A DNA stretch of 64,000 nucleotides from Eubacteriales bacterium (GTDB lineage: Bacteria > Bacillota > Clostridia > Oscillospirales > CAG-272). The notes under the pieces were generated by a model. It worked only from the letters and a program-made list of their open reading frames with translations, searched no databases and had not been told where the DNA came from. Of this stretch, positions 25,786 to 34,767 are shown piece after piece. Every line of letters begins with the position of its first letter. Within the stretch, counting starts at the first letter, position 1. The stretch is from positions 95-64,094 of the forward strand of contig JAZMZX010000128.1 in the NCBI GenBank assembly GCA_045586225.1. Reading direction: 5' to 3'. The translations under genes were made by a program, and so were the position numbers.

Positions 25786-26472
25786 ATGGGATTTTTCATC
25801 GCCATCGACGGCCTTGACGGCTCCGGCAAAAAGACCCAGAGCGACCGCCTTGCCGACTATCTCAGATCCAGAGGCATCAGGGTCCGCGAGCTTGACTTTC
25901 CCGTTTACGAAAGCGACAGCTCCTACTTTGTGAAAATGTACCTGAACGGTGAGCTGGGCAAGGATCCCGCCGAAACGAACGCATACGCGGCATCTATGTT
26001 TTTCGCTGCGGACAGATACGTTTCCTACCGCCGCGACTGGCAGGCGGACTTTCTCGATCCCGACACCGTTATCATCGCAAACCGCTACACCACCGCAAAC
26101 GCCATCCACCAGCTTTCAAAGCTTCCCCGTGAGGAGTGGGACGAATTTCTCCCCTGGCTCTGGGACTTTGAATTTTCAAAGCTGGGTCTCCCCGCACCCG
26201 ACCTGGTGCTTTTCCTTCTGCTTCCCCCCGCACTTTCGCTTGCAATGGTGGACTCACGCTCAAACGAAACGGGCCGCGTGAAGGACATACACGAGCTTGA
26301 CCGCAGCCACATGTACAAAAGCTACGATGCCGGCGTTTACGCCGCCGAAAGCTTCGGATGGAAGCGGATCGACTGCGCAGAAGGCACAGCAGCCGCAATG
26401 CGCACGAGAGACGACATATTCGGTGAAATAAAGGAATATGTTGACTCTCTTCTCGGCCTTGCCGGGGAATAA
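25786..26472 (+). CDS. Thymidylate kinase family protein
   Basis: P-loop FIAIDGLDGSGKKTQ and the length fit the dTMP-kinase fold. Whether this is the orthologous tmk is not established. Confidence 0.6.
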   Translation: MGFFIAIDGLDGSGKKTQSDRLADYLRSRGIRVRELDFPVYESDSSYFVKMYLNGELGKDPAETNAYAASMFFAADRYVSYRRDWQADFLDPDTVIIANRYTTANAIHQLSKLPREEWDEFLPWLWDFEFSKLGLPAPDLVLFLLLPPALSLAMVDSRSNETGRVKDIHELDRSHMYKSYDAGVYAAESFGWKRIDCAEGTAAAMRTRDDIFGEIKEYVDSLLGLAGE

Positions 26473-26495
26473 TCCACGAAAGAAGGTTTTTTACC

Positions 26496-27044
26496 ATGGT
26501 ATATATGTTTCTTGCAAACGGATTTGAAGAAACTGAGGCTATCGCGCCTCTGGATCTTCTCCGCCGCGCAGGCGTTGAAGTGAAAACCGTTGCCGTCGGC
26601 ACCGACGGCAGCCGCACCGTTACCGGCTCACACGGCATCCCCGTTATTGCCGACGTAACGGAGGACGGCGTTATCGCCGAGGGCGTTGAAATGGTGATAC
26701 TCCCCGGCGGACTTCCCGGAGCCGACAATCTTTTCGCCTCCGACGCCGTGAAGGCGGCACTCAAGGCAGCGCACGAAAGCGGCGCTTACCTTGCCGCGAT
26801 CTGCGCAGCACCCTACATCCTCGGTCAACGCGGATATCTCGCAGGCAAGACCGCAACCTGCTACCCCGGCTACGAGGATAAGCTTACGGGCGCCGTGAAA
26901 TCAGAGGCTCCCGTGGTATGCGACGGCAACACCGTCACAGGCGAGGCTATGGGCTCCGCCTGCGACTTCGGTCTCGCTCTCGTTGCCGCACTGAAAGGAA
27001 AGGAGACTGCGGATAAGATCGCTTCCGCCATTATCAAAAGATGA
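26496..27044 (+). CDS. DJ-1/PfpI family protein
   Basis: LANGFEETEAI, ILPGG and nucleophile-elbow AAICAAP motifs. Confidence 0.8.
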   Translation: MVYMFLANGFEETEAIAPLDLLRRAGVEVKTVAVGTDGSRTVTGSHGIPVIADVTEDGVIAEGVEMVILPGGLPGADNLFASDAVKAALKAAHESGAYLAAICAAPYILGQRGYLAGKTATCYPGYEDKLTGAVKSEAPVVCDGNTVTGEAMGSACDFGLALVAALKGKETADKIASAIIKR

Positions 27045-27640
27045 ATCACATGAAAAATCAGAAGGCAGAGCTCCGCGAAGAGATCCTTGAAAAGCGCGCT
27101 GCCGTTTCCCCTGAGGACCGCCGCCGCATGAGCGACGAGATCTGCCGCCGCGCGTGCGCCCTTTCGGGCTTCAGGCTGGCAGAGACTATCCTTCTCTATG
27201 CTCCCAAGGAGATAGAGGTGGACGTTCTCCCCATTGCAGAGGCTGCGTGGGCAGAGGGAAAGACCGTTGCCTTCCCCAAGTGTCACATATCCCCCGAGGG
27301 ATACGCGTATATGACGTATCACATCGTTTCCGATCTTTCCGAGCTGAAGCCCGGCAAATACGGCATTTCCGAGCCCGACGACGACGCTCCCGTTTACGAT
27401 GCGAAAAAGGATCCCCGCGGCTCCATATGCTTCGCACCCGCACTTGCATTTGATAAAAAAGGCTACCGTCTCGGCTACGGCGGCGGCTACTACGACAGAT
27501 ATTTCAATTCCTACAGCGGCTCCGTTGTGGGCGTCATCTTCTCGGAATTTATCGTGCCCTCCCTTCCCCACGGCAAATACGACATCAAGGCAGGGCTTCT
27601 CATAACCGAAAAAGGAGTGAAGGTCACCCTTGAAAGCTAA
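27041..27640 (+). CDS. 5-formyltetrahydrofolate cyclo-ligase
   Basis: KAELREEILEKR, YGISEP and AFDKKGYRLGYGGGYYDRY motifs. ATGA overlap with the upstream gene. Confidence 0.8.
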   Translation: MNHMKNQKAELREEILEKRAAVSPEDRRRMSDEICRRACALSGFRLAETILLYAPKEIEVDVLPIAEAAWAEGKTVAFPKCHISPEGYAYMTYHIVSDLSELKPGKYGISEPDDDAPVYDAKKDPRGSICFAPALAFDKKGYRLGYGGGYYDRYFNSYSGSVVGVIFSEFIVPSLPHGKYDIKAGLLITEKGVKVTLES

Positions 27641-28520
27641 AGGTCTCACGGCGGCACCGTTTCTCGTTGCCGTCATATACGTACTCCTTCTGGCATCCGG
27701 TCTTTTCAACGTCACCGAGTCCGGCGTTGATCCGTACCTTTCGGTGATCATAATCGAGCTTCTCATTTTTGCACTTCCCGCCCTCTTTTTCTGCCGTCTC
27801 CGCGGAAAAAACTACGGCTCCCGCATCAGAACGAAGCTTTTTGAGCCCGGATGCATCCCCTTCATTTTAACGGCCGCCATCACGCTGATGCTGGCCTCCT
27901 GCGCCATCAAGCTTGGCATATACGCCATATTTGATTACACACTCGACGTAACGAACGTTTATAATCCTTACTCCCCCTCTGAGGGAGGCTCGATCCTGTT
28001 CCCCGCGCTGGCCCTTGCGGTGTTCCCCGCCATCACCGAGGAGCTTGTGTTCCGCGGCATCGTGCTGGCGGAATATGAGACGTGCGGCGTTATCCCCGCC
28101 ATCGGCTACAGCTCCCTTCTTTTTGCCATGCTTCACTTCGATCTGAAGCTTTTCGTCGTTTATTTCGTGTCGGGCATTATCCTTGCCCTTTCCGCATACG
28201 TTTGCCGCTCCATTCTGGCGCCGATGATAATACACGTAATAAACAACGTTTTCAGCATTTTCTTCGAGGACTACATCTGGAACAGCATCCTTCAGCCGAG
28301 AAACATCGTTATATTCTCCTTCGTTATCGTTTCTCTCCTTATGCTTATGATCACGCTTCTTTTCGGAGAGGCGGGACGCATATACAGCGCATACGGCCGC
28401 TACGGAGCCGACAGCTCCTACAGGCCCGAAAAGGAAGAGCGCACCTCTGCCGTTTACGCGGTGATGTCCGTGCCCTTTTCCGTGTGCATACTCATTTTCA
28501 TATTCGCAGTGCTGCTCTGA
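27630..28520 (+). CDS. CPBP family intramembrane glutamic endopeptidase (CAAX protease-like)
   Basis: AITEELVFRG (EExxxR), LLFAMLHF (FxxxH) and HVINN motifs; polytopic. TTG start at 27630. Confidence 0.75.
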   Translation: MKAKGLTAAPFLVAVIYVLLLASGLFNVTESGVDPYLSVIIIELLIFALPALFFCRLRGKNYGSRIRTKLFEPGCIPFILTAAITLMLASCAIKLGIYAIFDYTLDVTNVYNPYSPSEGGSILFPALALAVFPAITEELVFRGIVLAEYETCGVIPAIGYSSLLFAMLHFDLKLFVVYFVSGIILALSAYVCRSILAPMIIHVINNVFSIFFEDYIWNSILQPRNIVIFSFVIVSLLMLMITLLFGEAGRIYSAYGRYGADSSYRPEKEERTSAVYAVMSVPFSVCILIFIFAVLL

Positions 28521-28551
28521 TAAAACGGAGCCGCCGCGAAACGGAGCTTTT

Positions 28552-29901
28552 ATGAACAATACCCCTATCCCGGAAAAAAACAATATTCCCGACGAGGCTT
28601 CCCTCAGCAACACCGTGGCGGAGCCTGCCGAGACCGCCTCCGAGGGCGAAACTCAGCTTCACAACACCGTTAAGGAGCTTCTTCGTCAGTACGAGGAAAA
28701 AGAGGACGAGCCCGAAGAGATCGTCGTGAGCGAATCTGCCGGCAGCCGCATGGTATCTGGCACCATTATCGGCCTCGTGAAGGGCATCGTTTACATCTGT
28801 GCCGTCACCGTTATCGGCGTGTGCCTGGCGCTTTTCGCCATCATACCCATCGCAAACGACGTTTTTGCCTTCGTTAAGGAGGAGCGCGTGGTGGATATCA
28901 CCGTGCCCGAGCTTGCCACACTTAACGACATAACGGACATCCTTTACGAAAACGGGATCATATCCTATCCCGGCATTTTCAAGCTGTACGCAGGATTTAC
29001 CGACGATAACGGTCAGTTCCTCGCAGGCGACTACACCATCTCAACGAATCTGAACTACACCCAGATCCTCGACACCTTCAAGGAAAGCTACGAGCGCGAG
29101 GTCATCTCCCTCACCTTCCCCGAGGGTATCACCACAGACGAGATGATAGACATCTTCGTGGAATCCGGCATCGGCACCCGCGAGGGCTTCGAGTACGCCA
29201 TCAACGAATACGACTGGAGCGTTGACTACAGCTATTGGTTTATCGATGAGCTGGAGGAGCGCGGAATGAACCCCGACCGCTTCTATCGCCTTGACGGCTA
29301 CCTTTACCCCGACACCTATTATTTCTACACCACCTCCACCGAGGTGGAGGCTATTGCAAAGCTTTTGGACAACTTCAACGTGAAATTCACGGAGACCTAC
29401 CGCAATTATGCGGAGGGTCTCGGCTACACCGTTGACGAGATCATCACCCTTGCTTCCATGATCGAATGCGAGGCAATATACCTTTCCGAATTTTCGATGG
29501 TATCATCCGTTTTCCATAACCGTCTCGACAACAGAGCCTACTATCCCTATCTCGACTCCGACGCGACGATAATGTACGCCATTATCCACGAAACGGGCGA
29601 GCGTCCCGAAACACTGACGAGCACCGATTTCGAATCCCCCTACAACACCTATAAGAACCGCGGACTCCCTCCCGGTCCCATATCCAACCCCGGATATAAC
29701 GCCATCACCTACGCCCTCTACCCCAAGATCACGAACTACTATTATTTCGTTGCAAACAACGACGGATATTCCGTATTCTCCGAAACCTATCAGGACCACC
29801 TCGTTGCCATCCAGGCCGTTGCCGACGGCACCGCCATTTCGACGGTGCTCCAGGGAATGACCAACGTTGGCGAGGAATACGAAGACGAAGAGCTCAACTG
29901 A
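28552..29901 (+). CDS. mltG: Endolytic murein transglycosylase MltG (YceG-like)
   Basis: Acidic N-terminus, single TM, TFPEG and YNTYKNRGLPPGPISNPG motifs. Confidence 0.85.
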   Translation: MNNTPIPEKNNIPDEASLSNTVAEPAETASEGETQLHNTVKELLRQYEEKEDEPEEIVVSESAGSRMVSGTIIGLVKGIVYICAVTVIGVCLALFAIIPIANDVFAFVKEERVVDITVPELATLNDITDILYENGIISYPGIFKLYAGFTDDNGQFLAGDYTISTNLNYTQILDTFKESYEREVISLTFPEGITTDEMIDIFVESGIGTREGFEYAINEYDWSVDYSYWFIDELEERGMNPDRFYRLDGYLYPDTYYFYTTSTEVEAIAKLLDNFNVKFTETYRNYAEGLGYTVDEIITLASMIECEAIYLSEFSMVSSVFHNRLDNRAYYPYLDSDATIMYAIIHETGERPETLTSTDFESPYNTYKNRGLPPGPISNPGYNAITYALYPKITNYYYFVANNDGYSVFSETYQDHLVAIQAVADGTAISTVLQGMTNVGEEYEDEELN

Positions 29902-29916
29902 CAAAAGAGGTAGACT

Positions 29917-30972
29917 ATGTTTTACACCACAGAAGAGTACATGAAGCTGCGCTTTGAGCGCTACGGCAGGCAGTGCGCATTCGGCGCCGCCACCGTTGAG
30001 GAGCACGAAAAATGGAAGGCAGAAACGAAAAAGCGGCTTGCCTCCGTTATCGGTGTTGACCGCGCTATCCCCGTTTCGGCTGCTCCCTCGCTTCTTGAGG
30101 AAAAGCGCTTTGAGGCAAATGAAAACGGTGGCGGCTTCACCGCCGAAAAATGGCTTCTTGAAACTGAGCCTACCGTGTTCATGCCATTCTGGCTTCTCAA
30201 GCCCGACGCGCCAAACGGCGCCGTGATGATAAATCCTCACGGCCACGGCGGTGGCAAGGACATTTATCTCGGCATCGGTCCCGAAAAAGCGCCTTTGCTT
30301 TCGGGCTCCCCCGAATCCTTCGGTGTGTCCCTTGCAAGACGCGGGTATTTCGTTGCCGCGCCCGATGCGAGAGGCGCAGGTGAGCGCCGCGAAAAGGGCC
30401 AGCAGGGTGCAGGCATGGAGGGAGGCTCCTCCCACAGAGAAATGCTGAACGCGGGTATATGCCTCGGCATCACCCCCATCGGCGGCATGGTGTGGGACAT
30501 TATGAAGCTCATCGACTTTCTCCTGACGGTGCCCGGGGTGGACCCCGCCCGCATCGGCTGCGGAGGAATGAGCGGCGGCGGCGCGCAGACCATCTACACC
30601 GCTGCCCTTGACGACAGAATTGCCCTCGCCGTCACGAGCGGATATTTCTACGGCTTCCGCGACGCCCTTCTGCTCCAGCCCGCAAACTGCGGCTGCAACT
30701 ATGCGCCCGGTCTTTACGAGGCTGTTGACATGGGCGATATCGGCGCCCTTATCGCTCCCCGTCCCTTCTATATCGAATCCGGACGAAACGACCACCTGAA
30801 CGGCGCCTCCGGCATTGAAAACGTTTATTCTCAGGTGAAGATAACGAAAGCGGCGTACACCCTTTTCAATAAGGAAGAAAATCTCCTCCACTCCGTCCAC
30901 GAGGGCGGGCATCAGTGGGTGGGTGAGGGACTTTTCGAATTCATCGACAAGCACCTTTCCCCGACAGAATAA
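29917..30972 (+). CDS. Alpha/beta hydrolase (esterase-like)
   Basis: 351 aa with nucleophile elbow GGMSGGG, an HGHGG oxyanion-like segment and a C-terminal HEGGHQW. No signal peptide. Confidence 0.6.
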   Translation: MFYTTEEYMKLRFERYGRQCAFGAATVEEHEKWKAETKKRLASVIGVDRAIPVSAAPSLLEEKRFEANENGGGFTAEKWLLETEPTVFMPFWLLKPDAPNGAVMINPHGHGGGKDIYLGIGPEKAPLLSGSPESFGVSLARRGYFVAAPDARGAGERREKGQQGAGMEGGSSHREMLNAGICLGITPIGGMVWDIMKLIDFLLTVPGVDPARIGCGGMSGGGAQTIYTAALDDRIALAVTSGYFYGFRDALLLQPANCGCNYAPGLYEAVDMGDIGALIAPRPFYIESGRNDHLNGASGIENVYSQVKITKAAYTLFNKEENLLHSVHEGGHQWVGEGLFEFIDKHLSPTE

Positions 30973-30993
30973 AATATTGGCAGGTATCAGCCG

Positions 30994-31035
30994 TATCCCC
31001 GACGTGAAAACTAACGTCGGGGATAACTTTTTTCT
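30994..31035 (+). terminator. Intrinsic terminator
   Basis: 12-bp stem tatccccgacgt / acgtcggggata followed by cttttttc. Confidence 0.75.
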
Positions 31036-31055
31036 CCGGAAAGGATACGGAATAC

Positions 31056-31271
31056 ATGAGTTATTTTGAAAGCATCACTCCCGCCGCCGACGACGGACTT
31101 CCCGAAGGGCTCCTTATGGCATTCGCCGGCGACACCGACGCCTTCGTCCGCTTCACGAATCTGACGACGGAGGCGCAGGACGACCTGATAAAACGTGCGC
31201 GCTCCGTGAAAACGAAAAACGAGATGCGCCGCCTTATTGCATCTATCGAAAGCTCGCCGACCCTTATGTAA
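31056..31271 (+). CDS. Hypothetical 71-aa protein
   Basis: ORF only, with a weak RBS. Acidic N-half and basic helical C-half. No family recognised. Confidence 0.35.
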   Translation: MSYFESITPAADDGLPEGLLMAFAGDTDAFVRFTNLTTEAQDDLIKRARSVKTKNEMRRLIASIESSPTLM

Positions 31272-31327
31272 AAGCTTAAATTATTTTCTCCGCCGGGGCA
31301 AAAACGGTGGAATCCGGATGAAATAAA

Positions 31328-31365
31328 TGTTATAATGACTTGACGGCATTTCCGTCAAGTCATTA
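31328..31365 (+). promoter_or_regulatory. Extended -10 promoter overlapped by a 14-bp-arm perfect palindrome (operator candidate) upstream of the GH2 operon
   Basis: TGtTATAAT at 31328-31336. Palindrome TAATGACTTGACGG (31333-31346), loop cattt, CCGTCAAGTCATTA (31352-31365). ATG at 31387. Confidence 0.55.
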
Positions 31366-31386
31366 TTCATTTATAAGAGGTGTAAT

Positions 31387-34300
31387 ATGACCGAAAGAAC
31401 TCTTTTCTGTAACGGCTGGAGCTTCCGCGAAGCCCCCCTTGAAACAGCATACGAAGACGCTCTCAGCGGCGATTTTTATCCCGTTGAGATCCCTCACGAC
31501 TATATGATATACGACGTTAACGGCCTTTACCGCAACGGTGAGGGCTGGTACCGCCGCACCCTCTCGCTCCCGCAGGTGAAGGGCACGTACATCCTCCGCT
31601 TTGAGGGAGTATATATGAACTGCACCCTTTTCGTAAACGGAAAAGAGGCCTTCGAATGGAAATACGGATATTCCACCTTTGAAGCAGACGTAACTCCCTT
31701 CCTTAAAGAGGGCGACAATGAGATCGTTGTCCGCTGTGTATACCGCGACCCCAACACCCGCTGGTATTCGGGCGCAGGCATTTACCGCCGCGTGTGGCTT
31801 ATAAACGCAGGTGAAGACCGCATCCCCACCGACGGCGTGTATATCACAACGGAAAAGACCGAGGCCGGCTGGCGCGTTCTTGCGGATACCGATGTTATCG
31901 GAAGAGGAGAGGTCATATCCACCGTTCTCGATAAAGACGGAAACGTGCTCGGCACTGCCGTCGGCAGCTCCGTTTCAATTCCCGTTTCGGAGCCCCGTCT
32001 CTGGGACCCCGAGGATCCTTATCTTCACATCCTCAGAACAGAGCTCACCGTTGACGGCGAGACTGCGGACGTTATCGAGAACACCTTCGGCTTCCGCACC
32101 ATCCGCTTCGACACCGAAAAGGGCTTCTTCATCAACGGCAGAAACGTAAAGCTCCACGGTGTCTGCGAGCATCACGACAACGGCGCGCTCGGCACCGCCA
32201 TCAACAAGGCTGCCCTCCGCCGCAAGATCGAAAAGCTCATGACCATGGGTGTCAACTCTATACGTACGTCTCACAATATGCCCGCAACGGAGCTTCTTGA
32301 GCTCTCCGACGAAATGGGCATCCTCATCATCGACGAGGCCTTCGATATGTGGGAACACCCCAAAACCAAATACGACTACGCAAACTTCTTCCCTGCCTGG
32401 TATGAGCGGGACGTTGAATCCTGGATCACCCGCGACCGCAATCATCCCTCTGTTATTATGTGGAGCATCGGCAACGAGATTGGCGACACCACCAACGAGC
32501 GCGGCTATGAGGTGACGAAGATGCTCACAAATGCAGTGCGCCGCCACGACCCCAGACGCAATGCCGCTGTCACCATCGGCTCTAACCATATGAGAAGCGA
32601 ATGGGCGCAGAAGTGCGCGCTTGAGATCGACGCTGTGGGCTATAACTATGCGGAAAAGCTCTACAGCGAGCACCATGAAAAGTACCCCACCTACTGCATC
32701 TACGGAAGCGAGACCTCCTCAACGATACAGAGCCGCGGTATTTATCACTTCCCTCATGAGGATAAGTCCGTCAGCCACGCCGACCATCAGTGCTCCTCCA
32801 TATTCAACTGTACCACGTCCTGGGCTTCTCCCAACACCGAGTATAACATCACCCGCGACAGAGCTGCGGAGTTCTGTGCAGGTCAGTATATCTGGACGGG
32901 ATTCGACTACATCGGCGAGCCCACCCCCTACGACACCAAGAACTCCTATTTCGGTCAGATCGACACCGCAGGCTTCCCCAAGGATTCCTACTACGCATAC
33001 CGCGCCGAATGGACCGACGGCGAAAAATCGCCTATGATACATATCACCCCCTCCGTGTGGGACTTCAACGACGGCGAGATCATCGACGTTACCGTTCACA
33101 CAAACGCAGCCCGCTCCGAGCTTTATTTCAACGGCTCCCTTATCGGCAGCTTCGATCACGATCACACCGTCAGGGGAATGAAGATCTCCGAATTTTATAA
33201 GATCCCCTACGAAAAGGGCACGCTCACCGCTATCGCGTATGACAAAAACGGCAACGCCGTTGCAAAGGACGAGGTGAAGTCCTTCTCCGATCCTGCTGCG
33301 ATCATACTCGAGCCCGAAAAGACCGTTATCAACGCCGACGGACGCGACCTTTGCTACGTTGCCATCTCCACCGTCGATAAGGATGGCAATTTCGTTGGCA
33401 ACGCGCGCAACAGAATGAACGTGACCGTTTCCGGTGCCGGCAGACTCGTCGGCCTCGACAACGGCGACAGCACCGACTACGAGCCTTACAAGTGCACCTC
33501 ACGCCGTCTCTTCTCCGGCAGGCTCATGGCCATCATCGCCGCAACGGACAAGACGGGCGACATCACCCTTACCGTTTCCTCCCCCGCCATGCCCACGTCA
33601 TCCGTAACCGTCACCGCTGCGCCTGCAGAGGTGCCCGCAGGCATCGAGATAATCGACGAATGCAAGGCTTCCCCCGAGTATAACGAGATCCCGCTGCGCA
33701 AGCTTGAGCTTTCCGTCAAGGGATCGAAGACTCTCACGAAGGAATCCCCCTCCGCGGAGGTTACGATCAAGGCGTATCCCGAAAACGCCACGGTATCGGA
33801 CATTCACTATATGGCCTACGACCGCGGCATCCCCACCGACAATATCCTTATAGAGCCCACAGCGGACGGAATAAGGGTCACCGCACTTGCAAACGGTGAA
33901 TACCGCCTCCGCGTGTTCTCAAATAACGGCACCAAGTATCCCGCTATATATTCCGAGATCGTTTTCACCGCAGAAAACGTTTCCGAGCCCCGCCTCAACC
34001 CCTACAAGAACGTTGCCGCCATCTACGGCACCGACGAAGCGGCTGAGCACATCATGGAGGCTGAGGGAGGCATACGCTTCCCCGAGGCCGACGGCTATGC
34101 CGTTTTCCGCAGAGTAGACTTCGGAAGCGCCGGCACAGACGGCTTCGACATTACCCTTATGCGCACTCATATGGTGGATCTGCCCTTCTCCGTATACGAC
34201 GTAACTGACGGAAACGAGACCCTCATCGGCACCTTCGGCTTCACCGCAACGAACGTGTGGTGGGTATATTCCCATAACAGCTATAAGCTCACGGAAAAGC

Positions 34301-34719
34301 TTTACGGCATGCACGATCTCAAGTTCACGTTCTCGCGTCCTCTCGTATTCAGAGGCTTCAGATTCCACAAGATCAATCCTGCGTACGTGGGCATTCCCGC
34401 AGGCAGCTGCGACGTTATCTACGGCGACGACTACGACCGCCGCGACGGCGCCGTTTACAGCATCGGCAACAACGTGACCGTTGGATTCAAGGGCATTGAC
34501 CTTGAAGAGGGCGCCTCCTCCGTTACGGTTCGTGCAAAAACGAAAAACGAGGCCGATTCCATCCGTCTTCTTATCGGCGGTGATGCTTATGCCGTCAACT
34601 TTACGAAGGAAGACGAAGAGGTGACTGTTCCCGTGAACGCAAAGGGCACCGCCGACGTGGACCTCATCTTCCTGCCCGGCTGCAGCTTCGACCTCTTTGA
34701 GATCAGATTCAATAAGTGA
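31387..34719 (+). CDS. Glycoside hydrolase family 2 (beta-galactosidase-like), 1110 aa
   Basis: GH2 sugar-binding N-domain (WSFREAP, WYRR), TIM barrel NSIRTSHNMPA and WSIGNEIG, and long C-terminal beta-sandwich/CBM-like extensions. No signal peptide. Confidence 0.85.
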   Translation: MTERTLFCNGWSFREAPLETAYEDALSGDFYPVEIPHDYMIYDVNGLYRNGEGWYRRTLSLPQVKGTYILRFEGVYMNCTLFVNGKEAFEWKYGYSTFEADVTPFLKEGDNEIVVRCVYRDPNTRWYSGAGIYRRVWLINAGEDRIPTDGVYITTEKTEAGWRVLADTDVIGRGEVISTVLDKDGNVLGTAVGSSVSIPVSEPRLWDPEDPYLHILRTELTVDGETADVIENTFGFRTIRFDTEKGFFINGRNVKLHGVCEHHDNGALGTAINKAALRRKIEKLMTMGVNSIRTSHNMPATELLELSDEMGILIIDEAFDMWEHPKTKYDYANFFPAWYERDVESWITRDRNHPSVIMWSIGNEIGDTTNERGYEVTKMLTNAVRRHDPRRNAAVTIGSNHMRSEWAQKCALEIDAVGYNYAEKLYSEHHEKYPTYCIYGSETSSTIQSRGIYHFPHEDKSVSHADHQCSSIFNCTTSWASPNTEYNITRDRAAEFCAGQYIWTGFDYIGEPTPYDTKNSYFGQIDTAGFPKDSYYAYRAEWTDGEKSPMIHITPSVWDFNDGEIIDVTVHTNAARSELYFNGSLIGSFDHDHTVRGMKISEFYKIPYEKGTLTAIAYDKNGNAVAKDEVKSFSDPAAIILEPEKTVINADGRDLCYVAISTVDKDGNFVGNARNRMNVTVSGAGRLVGLDNGDSTDYEPYKCTSRRLFSGRLMAIIAATDKTGDITLTVSSPAMPTSSVTVTAAPAEVPAGIEIIDECKASPEYNEIPLRKLELSVKGSKTLTKESPSAEVTIKAYPENATVSDIHYMAYDRGIPTDNILIEPTADGIRVTALANGEYRLRVFSNNGTKYPAIYSEIVFTAENVSEPRLNPYKNVAAIYGTDEAAEHIMEAEGGIRFPEADGYAVFRRVDFGSAGTDGFDITLMRTHMVDLPFSVYDVTDGNETLIGTFGFTATNVWWVYSHNSYKLTEKLYGMHDLKFTFSRPLVFRGFRFHKINPAYVGIPAGSCDVIYGDDYDRRDGAVYSIGNNVTVGFKGIDLEEGASSVTVRAKTKNEADSIRLLIGGDAYAVNFTKEDEEVTVPVNAKGTADVDLIFLPGCSFDLFEIRFNK

Positions 34720-34767
34720 TCCCCAAAAATCCTCCATCAAAAGCAAAAACGAACAAGGGATTCTATC

